Positions 24,330-37,404 of a stretch of 46,255 nt of DNA are shown here, in pieces. How positions within the stretch are numbered: position 1 is the stretch's first letter; every line of letters begins with the position of its first letter. Position numbers and translations under genes: made by a program. The notes under the pieces are model-generated. The model saw only the letters and a list, made by a program, of their open reading frames with translations, was not told the DNA's origin and searched no databases. This DNA comes from Proteromonas lacertae (Eukaryota): positions 62,001 through 108,255 of the forward strand of contig NGBS01000306.1 in NCBI GenBank assembly GCA_002245135.1, given 5' to 3'.

Positions 24330-24650
24330 ACTAATGTAATCATTTATTGTTGGTTTTATATAATCTAAACAATTACTTTCACTCTGGTAAGCAAATGTAT
24401 ATCTAACACATACATTTTCGTCATCTATATTAATTATTCCATATCCATAATATGTGTACAATAAAAAAAAGCTTTCTTTGTTATTTGGTCAGGAAGTGGT
24501 ATTTGAGTAATAGCTTTTTAATCTTCTATTATACTTTTCAATCTTTTGTTTAAAACGCATAATAATGAAGACATTGAATAAAATCTTTATTCTTCATCAA
24601 AAACAACATTGCCATATCCTTCACTTAACATCACGGTGTGTAATCTTGAT
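24330..24650 (-). pseudogene. Degenerate BTB-domain fragment of the same family
   Basis: The minus strand reads RLHTVMLSEGYGNV...SMSSLLCVLNKRLKSIIED*...KAFF/LYTYYGYGIINIDDENVC. Compare copy C: LFVSHGYGDL...EAFLELEKYYGGGYMNININNVC. Confidence 0.55.
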
Positions 24651-24936
24651 AAACATATATGTGATTAGATACTCATAGTTACTACTTTCTCTTAATCAAA
24701 AGATTTGATATTTACATGGTAAATTATCCCAAAACTAGGAAAAGTACATATTGAAGAAAATATATATTATAATAAAAGAAATGCAAATATTTATAATATA
24801 CTTTTGATTTTTATACAATGAAGATTGACAATTCTACTCTGAAAGTCTTTTGATTATCATAAAAACATATAGATAAAGCTCAATTTGCTAATTAAATTGT
24901 TTATTATAGTATTTAAACAGCGAATCAGATGTTTTA

Positions 24937-25400
24937 ATGAGCAAATAATCTAAATCAAAATCTAAAGAAATAATAATAGTAAATAAAGGTTTTGCCACAA
25001 GAAAACATTTAAAAATACGTGAGCTATGTCAGAGTAGGTCAATTTTTATTTTAGTAAATTTCTAGAATATTCTGATTTCAAATATGGATAAGTTAATAAA
25101 AGGAGAAGCAGAGAATGGTTTTGATTCTTTATATGAAATGTGTAACGTATATCTCAATAATTAAGATGATGGGAGTGATGAATATGAAACATCAAATCAA
25201 AGAGCATGTGACATTATATTAAAGCTAAAAGAATTAAATGAATTATATCATTAAGAATTAGATGGAATGATCAATTGGGAAGATTAGAAGGTAAGAAAAT
25301 AGCATGTCAATATTTTCAAAAAGAATTAGAAAAACAATTAAATGAAATAATTCCAAGTTTAAACAATATGTTCAATGCAAAAAATAATTTATTATTCTTT
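24937..25400 (+). pseudogene. Decayed coding sequence of unknown family
   Basis: Protein-like reading (MSK*SKSKSKEIIIVNKGFATRKHLKIRELC...MDKLIKGEAENGFDSLYEMC...RACDIILKLKELNELY) interrupted by several TAA/TAG codons. Confidence 0.3.
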
Positions 25401-25763
25401 ATCATCTTCTAATCTATAAAGATAGTATATATTGAATTCAATTCTGAATTAGTATCAATTAAATATAAATAATGATTTTAATATATCTGAATTTTTTATA
25501 GTATTGACATTCAAATTGAATGTATTAACTAAATAAATATAGTTACGGTAGCATACCCAGCTATGAGTATCATCATAAGCTATGTAGTAGTTACCTTCCA
25601 TATATTTTTTAACAGATATATACTCAACACCTATATTTCCAGACATAGAATATCTATTTTTATTAAAAATTTATTTATGTATTTCCTATTATTATAAAAA
25701 ATAAGAAACAACTGCTGAAAGTATTCTTTTGCGCTGATATTTCTATTTAAATAGTCTGTTTTT

Positions 25764-25860
25764 AAGTGTAATTAGCCACTTATAACCAAAAAGAAGATAA
25801 AAAAAAGTGTGTAATTCTAAAATTATTTGGCTTGATTCTTTTCTAGAATTTTCTATTTTC
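25764..25860 (+). repeat. Short dispersed repeat; inverted copy at ~35766-35892; core motif also at 9148-9165
   Basis: aagtgtaattagccactt...tttggcttgattcttttctagaattttcta matches the reverse complement of tagaaaattctaggaaaatgtcaagccaaa...tagtggcttattacac. Confidence 0.6.
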
Positions 25861-26147
25861 TATTTCTTCAGTTATCTGAAATATGATATAAAAAACAAAT
25901 AAACACATATTGATTATATTGAATTACTGATTCTTTAATATTAATATTAAAAATATAACTATTTAGTTGAGATTAATAAAAACCAAATAATATAAAAACA
26001 ATAATATCAACTTTAAAATTAAAATAGATTATTTTATACATATGGAGCAAATTGCCTCTTTTTTCTACTAAGAGTGGAAGTTTTAATAGGATATCTATTT
26101 AAAAATATATTAAAATATATAAATTATACACAGATCCTCCTGCTATA

Positions 26148-29100
26148 TTATATGTTGTAGGATTTGTACTTATATTTCCTATAATCACTAATTGAAATAG
26201 AAGTTTTCATATTTCTTGGATTATCAGTTGAGAGTAAATAAGATGAATATAAATTCGTTGGCTGATAAGTAGATTTGATAGATACATCATAAGGAGATGT
26301 TTTCTCTTCCCATTTCATATAATTAGGCATATAATTTGACTTGATGATTGGAGGAGGTGAAGGTGGAAATTGTGGTGATAAATCTTTTGGTTTGTATGAT
26401 GATGATGATGATTTATTTGTGTCTAATGAAAACAAATATGGAGAATTGCTGTTTATTTTTTGTTGCTCTTTTTCAGCATATTCTAATTTCCATTGATAAT
26501 AGTCAAACTGACGATGTAATGGTGTGAATCTATTGGCATAAGGTGATGGAGATAATCCTTTGTGAATATCATCAAAGATATTAATACTGCTGCTTTTACT
26601 TTCATCTTTTACTGGTGTTTGAATATTTGAAATATCCTGTGGTTGTTGTTGTAATAATTGTTCATTTTCAATTTTATTGTTTTTATTATTATTAGTGAAT
26701 CTACTTGTAATCGAGAGAAATATGCTGTAGATAAATGCAATTCTTGTTGATTATCTCTATTTCTATGTAATTGTGATTTCTGTTGTTGTGATTGTGAAGA
26801 TAGCAGAGGTTCAATTGTTGATTTGTATAGTTCTGGTGTTAATACAGTTTTTGTATTACTATTTTTATCTTTAGTTGGTGTGAAATAACCTTTTTCTTTT
26901 TCTTGTGTATGTTGTTGTTGTTGTAATTCACTTTGAGTTGAAGAAGATGTTGTTGTTAATATTACATTAATTGGTTCAAATAATGATGATACTGGTTTAT
27001 TCATATTTGGATCATAATAAGTCACCTCTTCTTCATCTATTTCAGTTACTTTTATTCCATCTCCTAAGTTATTTATTATTTCTTCTTCATTTGGATTTGA
27101 AGTTGATGAAGTAATAGTTTCTGTAGTATTTGTATTTGATTTTTGATTTGGGTTTTGATATTGTGAAGATTGTGGTTGTGATATTTGATGATTCTTTTGC
27201 TCATATTGTTGAAAATGTTGTGATGGCTGAGACTCTACTTGGTTAGTAATAATCATCGATTTCTTAGGATATGATAATGCTTCAGGTTTATTATCACAAT
27301 TAACAATTTCATTAAACTGTTTTGTAAGTGAATGTGATGAAATATTATTGCTATTATTGTTATAACTATTCTGTTTAATAGCAATATGATCATTTCTCCC
27401 TTTTAATAACATATTTGCACTCCAAGGCCTACTTCTTGGTCTATTAAAATTAATATTAATAATATTAGATTCATCTCTTTGTATGATATTATTATTATTA
27501 TTATTATTATTATTTGGTGAAATTGATGATAATGGTGAAGATGTTGTTGAAGATGATTGATTTAATTGATTCTTTATAATGTTATTATTATTGTGGTTAT
27601 TGGATGGTGATGTTTTGATTGGTTGTGGTGGTGGTGAATCTCTTGATAAATGTCTAAATTTACCAGTTACAAATTCTCTTTGATATCTTTTCAATTCTCT
27701 TCCTGAAAGATTAGGATTTAATAATGTGTCTGTATCTGCTGCTGTTGATTCTATTACATGATTATCATCTATATCAATATCGTCTAAACTATCTAACGGA
27801 AATCCTTCATCTTCTTCACTTTACATCTTATATTAAAGAACTGTAAAATGTATAAAATTATTCTTAAAAAATGATATATTTTCACTTGCAGAATCTAGAA
27901 ATGGCTTTTCATCTGTATCTTGAGGAATTGGAATCTATTTATAATATATAATGACAACTATTATTATTATACCATTGCTTTATTTTTTTCTTTTGAATTA
28001 TTATCAGATATTACAGAGTCAATAAAATCATCCAATGACAATAACTATAACAATAAATAATGATTAATATAATGTATACTGGAGATGGACTTGAGTATAA
28101 ATCAACAGGATAATCTTCAAGATGTTCATTTTTACTACATATTTCCAACTGCTCCATTATCTCTTCATCATCATTATTATTCTCTTCATACTCTTTTATT
28201 AAATGCAAATATGAATATTTATCTTCAGTTATACTGTTAATTATATCCCAAGGTAACTATACATAGAATTATAAATTAGTTTATTATATATAAATACATT
28301 AAAACAGTGATCTTCATCATTCAATATAATATACATTATAATCTTATATGCAGTTTCTCTTTCAATTGACATAGTGCTTTGTAATAACATCATTATAATA
28401 TCATTGATTGATTTATGATATGTTTTATATGGAAATATCATTGTGACATACCAATATAACACATGAAGTGACATTTTATTTAAATTATTCCATGAAGAAC
28501 AATGTAAGATTACATCTATATATTTATATATTGTGTAAATATCTTGTATCATTATTGATCTATTCATAAAACATATATATAATAACTATACTTCATATTT
28601 TCACTTAAATTTCTAATTTGAGACATGTTATTAAAATAAAATATTAAATATTTAAGTGAATATAACAACAAGTGTGGGTTTACTATAACATTATTTGAAT
28701 TGAAGCATTTATCTAAACATCCTAAGAAGAGATTATGAAATAGATTATAAATAATCTCTTTCTATATATCATTACATAGTTATATATAAAATATTATCTA
28801 TACTTTTTCTTCATTTAATTTCTGTAAATGATATCTACAGCAATATTCAATTAATACACATAATGTGAACATCTGTTCTAATATTTCTCCGTTAATATTA
28901 TCTAATAATTTGATACAATTTGGTAATATAATAGTCAACTGTTCAGTTATTGTTGATTTACATTACAAATTAAAGAAAATATGAGTAATATATTACTTAA
29001 ATATATATGGAAAAAAAAGATATGATTGAATTGAAAAAGGATTAACATTTTCTAAACACAAACATAAGAATGATATTCTTGTTAATAAATCAGGTTTATT

Positions 29101-31001
29101 ATTCTCACCTTCTTCTTCTTCTTCTTCTTCTTCTTCATTATCTTCTTTATTATTATTATTATTATCATTACTAATACAATAATAAATAACAGTATTCAAT
29201 GAATCAATAACAATTTGTGAATTATTTTCAAATTCTTCAGTCTCAATAATTGAATAATCAAATGCATCAACACATGATAGAGTATCTCCATATCTATAAG
29301 TAACAAAATCAGTATATTTTGCTGGAATGGGAAATGCATTTAAGGGTAATAGATCTTGATTCAAATTTGGAGATTCAGTGATACAATGGATTAATACTAA
29401 TAAAGCATCACGATGCGATAAAGATCTTAAACTATATTTATTAATCAATGCTCTAACCAGTGGTTCAATGAAATTTGGTAAAATATATGGATAAATATTA
29501 CATAATAACAGTTTTAACACTATAAAATATTCATCTTCTCTACTTCTTGTTAGATACGGAATAAATATATCTATTAAATTTAACAATATTTCCTTCAATA
29601 AAGGAATGGATGTAGATGAAGTTGTTGAAGATGATGATGATGTAGTTTCATTGGATGGTTTGTAATATTTGGGATAATATGATAATATATTGGATAATAT
29701 GACTAATTCGTGAATAGTAGGAGGATGTTTTAACCACTATTTATTAATATAAAATAAATATCTGTTATACTTGTTGTTGTAAATGGTTTATTGTTGGTAT
29801 TATTATTATTTCACAATACACTGATGATAGTGAAGGCACTAATTGATTAATTATTCCAATTACATTCAATATATGAATTAGATTCTATAATATAAATATA
29901 AACAAATACTTCAGTAATATTAGGATTGTCATTGATGCTATTATATCAATATATAGATTGTATATATACTTTATTATCAGATTGTTATTATTCACAATAT
30001 CAATCAAACTACTAAATATTGGATTTAAATAGTCCAACAACTTCGAATTACATTTATCAACGGATATATATTCAAATGTAGATTCTATTAACCTACAAAT
30101 GCTTGACACACTTAAGAATGAATCATTCATGTGTTGAAGGTTATAATATATCATTATTCCTTTATTATATCCATTAAATATCTCTTGCAAATTATTATTG
30201 TTGTTATTATTCTCTATTATTGATAATATACATTTCTTTGAAGCAGATGACACTTCTGTTGAAAGATTTTGTGTCTGATATATAAACCCAACAATTAATT
30301 CTTTACATATTGGTAAATCTTCTTTTAATCTATTTATTATGAAATATATTGATCTTAAAAGGATTATTCTACATCTTGTTGGCTTAGAATCGTCTTGTAA
30401 AACAGGTAATAATGATTTGTAAAATAGATTCTAATATATATATATATATATATATATACGATTAGTAACTGTGGAGAAATATATGAATATTGTGTATAAA
30501 TATTATCTAAAGCAGATATTATTAAATCTTCAGGTATTTGAACATTGTTTTGTTCATTTGGATATAAATTAAAGAGTATATTTGTTATATCTATTATATT
30601 TTCTCCTATAGAACATTCTAATGTTTTTATTAAAAACAATAAAATGTTTATAGAAGAAAGACGAAGGGAAGGAGTTGTTGAATTGATATTCTTCAAAAGA
30701 GCTTGACAAAGAAATGGGAAATTGTTAACTAGAAATGGATAATAACCATCTTCAACTGAAGGTTTCAATAATATTGAAGGATCACTTCCATTCATTAACA
30801 CTTGATAATAACTAATTGAATACAAAGCATTCAGTTTCTCATTTAGCTATTCAGTAAGGTTAATATTTTACAATATACTTGAGTCATGTGAGATAATCCT
30901 TCTGCATTCATTATATTCACTTGTATATTATCCATAAGGGATTTTGAATCGAAATTAATATTCTGGTTATCATTAATATCTGCTTTTATTTGTGATTGCA
31001 T
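26148..31001 (-). CDS. Large multi-exon gene of unknown function (helical N-terminal half, low-complexity S/T/N/Q C-terminal half)
   Basis: ATG at 31001 (MQSQIKADIND...), first intron 30847-30879 (33 nt), then a chain of co-oriented ORFs ending in intron-like AT tracts. Apparent single-base indels near 26715 and 26460. The exon structure is not fully resolved. Confidence 0.6.
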
Positions 31002-31342
31002 CTTCTAATACAAAATCAAAATTCAAAATAGCTTGATAGGAATTCAAGCCTACATAACAAATAATGATAAATTTGTATTATGTATATGAATTTAAATACC
31101 AGTAACCATTAATAGTATATTAATATTAAATTTCATTATAAATAAACAAAGTATCACTCTCACTTACTTTTCATCAATTATATCATCATATCATATACAA
31201 TATGCATAAATAAATCACAATTGAGTATTATTGTCTTTATCACACCTTCTGCAATTGAATTATATCACATTTTAATTTTTGGGTTATTCAAAATTTTGAT
31301 AAAAATCGAATTTCGTTATTTTTGTTATATATTTACATAAAG

Positions 31343-33459
31343 ATGATAATAAAAGTGAATAAAAGCATAAGAGAAGAGGGGTATATTTTATATTTATTTT
31401 TATGATAGATTATGTCGAAAATTGGTCGAAAGTGGTTTTGGTGATATAGAAGTGAAGATTAGAGATAATCGAATAATGTCAATCAAGTCAATTTTAGTGA
31501 ATGGAAATGAAACTGTAAAGAAACTGTTGTTAGATCGTGAGTTTGTTAGAGTTTTGGAGTTATATGAAGAAATCGAAGAAATTGGCTATTATTAGATGGA
31601 GAAATACTACAGTGGTGGTGAACTGATAATCTGTAAAGAGAGTGTGTGTGAAGTGTTGATGTTTTGTTTATGTTATTGTGAAAAAGAGATAATAAATGAT
31701 TGTTATGAATTTGTGAAGAATAATATAGATGATGAAGTATTAATGAAATTAATTCATATATGTAATGTATTTGGTGGATGTTTGAGAGAGATAGAAGACT
31801 TGAAAAATATGGAAATAGAAAAGCGAGGATATAAATATTTATATAATAATGAATATTTGTTGAGATTAGAAATGAATAATTTGATTGAGATATTAAATAT
31901 GAAAGATTTGATAATAGTGAATGAGTTATGGTTATTAAATCGTTTATTGGAATGGTATAAATTCCAAAAGAATGAGAAATATGATAATAAAGAGATTAAA
32001 GATGATTTTAAGTGTTTAATAGAAGAAGATATCGATTGTGAAAAGATAAAAGAGAAAGAGATAGAAAAAGAGAATAAAGAAATGTTGAAAGAAATGAAAA
32101 TAGAATTAAAAGAGAATGAATGTAAAAATCATATAGAAATATATTTAATAAAAGATGAGAGAATTCAAAATATAATAATGAATAATTACAATGAAGATAA
32201 TAAAAAAGAAGACTTTAATGAAGAAGAAAGAAGAATATTGGATAAAATGAAAGAAGAAGAATTGAATGATGAAATACTGTGTATATTAGAAATGAATAAT
32301 ATAAAAATAATCGAAATAGTATTGATGATAATGAAATATAAGAATGTAAAAATGGAAAGTATAAATACTAAAAATATATTTAAATAGAATATATCTCAAA
32401 TACAGAAAAGAGAAATCTATTGGATAGATTATGTATAGAATATAATGAGAATAAAAGAAATCGAACAATGAAATGTTTATGTTTATTCATTGATGATAAA
32501 AAGAATATTTCAATAATGGAGGAAGTATGTGGAAAAGAAATTCTTTTTAGAATATTGAATGAAGATAATTATTTAAATTCCAAATCTAAAGAATTATTAA
32601 TGGAATATATAAAAGAGAATAAATTGAGTTTCGAAGAAGAAGAAGAAATGATTGTAATAATGAAAGATAAAGAATTATTGAAAGAATTAAAAACAAAAGA
32701 AATCACATAATTTTCATATTCTCAATCAGAATATTCATTAGGATTATATGAAGAAATGTCAATAATTCCTTCATTTGATGGAAATCGATGTGAATTTTCA
32801 ATCAATCCTTCATTGCCAGATGGTTTAATGATAAATAAAGAAAATGGAATAATTCATGGAAAAGTAGATAAAAAAATCGAAAAGAGAGAATATGAAATAA
32901 TATGTAAGAATATTCTAAATGAAAAGAAATTCAAAATATCATTAGAATTTGTTGATATAAAGTTCACAGAATTAAACAAAAGTGATGGAATAGAACTATC
33001 AAATAATGGAAAATTAATAACAAATATATTCTATGGTTATTATCATTGTTATTTGAATTTGAAAATGGAGTTTATCATATCAAATATAAATTTCATCAAA
33101 ATGGAAATAAATATGATGGTATAATGTTAGGATTATCAACTAATAATACATATTCTGGTGATAATATTTTTCAACAACCAACAACATGTAATTATTATGC
33201 ATGGAATGGTAAAAGTCAAGATATAACTGATGATTGTTACATTGGAAGAGTTGTTAATAAAAATCCAAATTTTTATAATTATGATGGTTCAATTTATGAA
33301 GTGATAGTTGATATGAATAAAAGAGAGTTTTGGATAAGTCATAATAATTCATCTGCTGTTTTACTTGTTAAAGATTTACCTTCTCCATTATATCCTTATG
33401 CTGTATTAATATGGCAAAACACATCAATTGAATTATTATCAGTTTGTAATCAAAAATAA
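31343..33459 (+). pseudogene. BTB/BACK - He_PIG - SPRY-like family, copy B (disrupted)
   Basis: ATG 31343, introns 31381-31408 and 32359-32387. TAG 31593-31595 (GAG in copy A), TAA 32708-32710 (shared with A) and a 7-nt deletion of one gaaaatg unit near 33061. Confidence 0.8.
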
Positions 33460-33511
33460 ACAAAATTTATACTTACAATACCTGTATTATTCATATAATT
33501 TTAATTGAACT

Positions 33512-33630
33512 GGTTTAGAAATAAATAAAGATGGTGGAATAAGTAATGAACAAGTAAATAAAGAAATGGAAAAGAGAGAATATGAAATAACTTGTAGGAA
33601 TATTCGAAGTGAAAAGAAATTCAATTTATA
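33512..33630 (+). pseudogene. Isolated He_PIG-segment fragment of the same family
   Basis: Reads GLEINKDGGISNEQVNKEMEKREYEITCRNIRSEKKFNL versus copy B GLMINKENGIIHGKVDKKIEKREYEIICKNILNEKKFKI. Confidence 0.7.
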
Positions 33631-33821
33631 TATTAGGGTTGTATAGATTGGTTTAATTACTATAAAATGAATAGTACTACTTATGTTAATATGAAATCAT
33701 CTTGTTTATACCTGATAAATTACTACATAATAGAAATACGCATCTTTATTTAAAACTATTTTGATAAAAGTTAGGTCAAAATAGATTTCAATTCATCCTT
33801 TTTATCTTCATACCTAAAGAA

Positions 33822-35656
33822 ATGCAAAATAAAGAAGAGTTATCCAATTTAGTTAAATCCAATCCTGATAGTATAGAAGAAAATAATGGTGTTATATCAA
33901 AGAAGAGCAAATGTGTAGTTTATATGTTTACATTAGTGACTACAATAGGTGGATTTTTATTTGGTTATGATACTGTATGAATAAATATATTTAAAGAGAA
34001 ATAGGGAGTAGTGTCTGGTGCAATTCTATTGATATCAGAAGAATTGAATTTAGATGATGTAGAGATGGAAATCATAGTAAGTAGTACAATATTTTCAGCA
34101 TTTATTGCTTCAATCTGTGGTAGTTACCTAAATGACTGGAAAGGCAGACATTTCACAATAATGATAAGCGCTATCTTATTTTCAATTGGTTCATTAGTAT
34201 TAGCCTTCTCCCAAAACTTCATAGAGCTAATAATTGGTAGAATAGTGGTGGGTTTGGGTGTTGGATTATCATCGTTAACAGTTCCAATCTATATATCTGA
34301 AGCAGCACCTCCCGAATTACGTGGATTCTTAGTAACATTGAATACATTGTTTGTAACAGGTGGTCAATTCATTGCATCACTAGTTGATGGAATATTTTCT
34401 ACTACTTCTAGTGGTTGGAGGTATATGTTAGGAATAGCTTTTATCCCCGCCTTTTTACAATTAATATTATTTTATTTCTATTTACCTAAGAGTCCTCGAT
34501 GGTTATTATTAAAAGAAAGAGAAGAAGAAGCAGTCAAAGCATTATTGTTTATACGAAATGAAAAAGAAAGAGAAAAAATTGAAAATGAATTAGAAGAAAT
34601 TGTATATAATTATATATAATATATATATATAAACAAATAGAAAAATTCATTACCAAAGAATGATATTCCTCATCACAAAATATTTGATTTTTTCAAATCT
34701 TCATCACTTCGTTCTGCTTTATTATTAGGTTGTGTATTACAATTTGCTCAACAAACAGCTGGAATTAATAATATAATGTACTATTCACCAATGATTATCA
34801 AAATGAGTGGTTTTACTAAATCTTCTGATGCTATATGGTTATCATGTTTTGTATCGTTTAGTAATTTCATATTTACACCTGTTGGTATGTATTTAGTAGA
34901 TAGAAAAGGTAGAAGATTATTGACTCTTTGTAGTTTGGGATTAGTAATTATGGTGATATTCTTAATGGGTGCATCATTTTTATTGGATGATATTTTTTCA
35001 TATCCTTTAACTGTAATTAGTGATAATACAACTGATACATGCAGCTTATACAGTAAATGTAGTAAATGTATATCTGACTCAATGTGTGGTGTATGTAAAT
35101 GTATATTTATTAATATTTAATAATAATATTTCTTTATTATTGAATTATAGCTGGTAGAACAACCTATTGTATCTCTGGAAATGAGACTGATCCTTTTTAT
35201 AATTATAATTCATCAATCTTAGAATGTAATATGAATGGTGGATATGATTATACAACCTGTCCTTCATATTTAGTATATATTTTTATTGTTATTATATTAT
35301 AGGGTTGGCCAATATTGATTTTATTAGTATTATTTTTAGCATGTTTTGCTCCAGGAATGGGTTCAATGCCTTGGGCAATTAATAGTGAAATATTTCCATT
35401 AGAATATCGTAGTATTGGGATGGCTATTACTTCTTCTGTTAACTGGGTAACTAATTTTGCAGTTTCTGCAACATTTTTGAGTTTAATTAATGCTTTAAAA
35501 GGATATGGCGCTTTTTTCTTGTATGGTGGAATTTCAGTTTTGAATTTTGTTTATTTGTACTGTTATTTAGTAGAAACAAAAGGTTTAACTCTTGAAGAAA
35601 TACATAGATTATTTGATAGAAAATCATCTAAGTATGAAGTATTAGAAGCTCTTTAA
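33822..35656 (+). CDS. MFS sugar porter, H+/myo-inositol symporter (HMIT/SLC2A13/INT-like); 5 exons
   Basis: Introns 33975-34004, 34602-34640, 35101-35150 and 35273-35302. Motifs GGFLFGYDTGVVSG, VPIYISEAAP, PKSPRWL, QQTAGIN, DRKGRR, APGMGSMPWAINSEIFP and ETKGLTLEEI, plus a Cys-rich loop typical of HMIT/INT. Confidence 0.93.
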
Positions 35657-36129
35657 TAGTTTTTTATTTAATTATTATTGTTATAAGTGATTTTTATCTC
35701 TCTTTTTTTTGTTGATGTATTATCAACCAATTCAATATCATATTTTAGGAAAATCAATCAATATTGAAATAAGAAAATTTAGAAAATTCTAGGAAAATGT
35801 CAAGCCAAATCATTTTATAATACACATCTTATTTAATGTATTTAAGATTTAATTAATTATGAGGCAATTTACACTAGTGGCTTATTACACATGGGGATGA
35901 AAGAAAAGTTGAATAAATATAAGCAAACAATATAATTATTAACTATTATTCCTTAGTTTTTTTTGGTATATATTTTATTTCATTTTAAGCTAAATATAAT
36001 GCTAAGAACCTATTTTACACGTAATATAAGATGCACAACAGTATAATTATAGTACATTGAGTTATTATAAAAAGAATCGAGGTCCAAACTATAGTCCATA
36101 ATATATATGCGGGAAGTTTGGGTTTAGAC

Positions 36130-36162
36130 GCGTGTTCAAAATTTGAACTCGCCTAATCTAGT
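36130..36162 (+). mobile_element. Candidate Helitron-type 3' terminus (hairpin followed by CTAG|T)
   Basis: Palindrome GCGtGTTCAAAaTTTGAACtCGC (36130-36152), then ctaat, CTAG (36158-36161) and T. No Rep/helicase ORF is visible. Confidence 0.35.
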
Positions 36163-36659
36163 TAGAGTTTGACTCTAATATTTTATATTACTTGACTATA
36201 ATTGCTTAATTAAGAGATTCTGAGAAAATGGTAGGGATAGCACAACTTTTTTTTGGTCTAATTTCACGATCTTTTAATGATTTGAGCATTTTTGATCCCA
36301 ACCTATTGTACATAATAACTGTACACAGGATCTCCAGTTTTTTTATTAAATATCTTACTATTAAATGAGAATGCTCAAAATATAATGTGTGATAACACAA
36401 GCTCGGCTTGAATATTTTTTTATATTTTATAAAATTTGAGCACCTGCCTCCTATAGGAAGCTAGGGCTTATTTTTGTTAATTAATTAATAAATACTATTA
36501 TTTTTTAAACTGTTTGACTTATTTACTATCTGAATAACTATCTTAAGCTCTATTTCAATCGTTTATCCCATAAAAACAATTTAACTAAGTCATTAAGACA
36601 TATTTATTTATAACTAACTGATAATTGAACCTTTTTCTTAAAAAACAAATCATTCAACT

Positions 36660-36950
36660 AAATTTTGGCAATCTTGTATCTATTCGAGGAAGTCAACATA
36701 TTTTACATTTCCATAGCTTCTATTATTGTTAAATTATCACCTTCTTGAACATAATTTACTTACATTTATTAAACTACTAGCCATTGGATAAGTTAAGAAT
36801 TTAGAATCATCTACTTCTCGTTTTATAATCATGAATTTTGATAATTTGCTTTCTAAAGCATTTCTTATACCTACAACGAAGTTATCTCTATTGAATTGTA
36901 ATTGATATACTTCTACTAATCTTTTCATATATTATAAAGCTACTTCTTTT
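36660..36950 (-). pseudogene. Fragment of a biotin-dependent carboxylase alpha subunit (propionyl-CoA carboxylase alpha-like) C-terminus
   Basis: ...ESKLSKFMIIKREVDDSKFLTYPMASSLINVS / YVQEGDNLTIIEAMEM*NMLTS. The biotinyl AMKM motif is mutated to AMEM, with a frameshift and a stop. Confidence 0.72.
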
Positions 36951-36979
36951 ATATTCAATTTACCTCTCATGATTTAGCT

Positions 36980-37200
36980 TTGAATATCTAGCTTTTACAA
37001 CCATTCTTTAAAATGTCTCAGGTGTAAGAAGACCTTTATCATTTGTAATTGTGATCTTATTAGCTTTACCAATACTCTCTTTTACAACACTTACATTCAA
37101 AGCATTATTAGTTATTATATATTGTCATAGATTCTTCACCTTCAAACACTTGAATTAACACATCGAGTTGTTAATCACTGTATGTACTAAATACTTGAGT
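36980..37200 (-). pseudogene. HSP70: Cytosolic HSP70 substrate-binding-domain fragment with an internal deletion
   Basis: TQVFSTYSD*QLDVLIQVFEGEESMTIYNN / NALNVSVVKESIGKANKITITNDKGLLTPETF*RMV. Confidence 0.88.
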
Positions 37201-37404
37201 ATTATTAACTGAAATTTTGATATTAATTGTAATTAATTAACTTCTATTAATCCTTTCATATATTCAAAAGCTAATTCTTTAACTTTGTATAACTTTTACT
37301 TTGTTAAATCATCTCTTCTAAAAAACCTTTTTAAATCACTATAATTTCTTTTCTGTTCAATAAACAAGCCTCAATTATTACTTTAACAAGCACACATTCC
37401 TATA

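Noticed and set aside
36206..36400. 64-aa minus-strand ORF (likewise 25455-25646)
   Set aside because: Short, with no motif or homology evident.
36737..36928. KilA-N-like (INVSKLC) or kinase-like (GNVKYVDF) readings
   Set aside because: The shifted frame gives EGDNLTIIEAMEM, and a biotin-carboxylase C-terminus explains the whole segment better.
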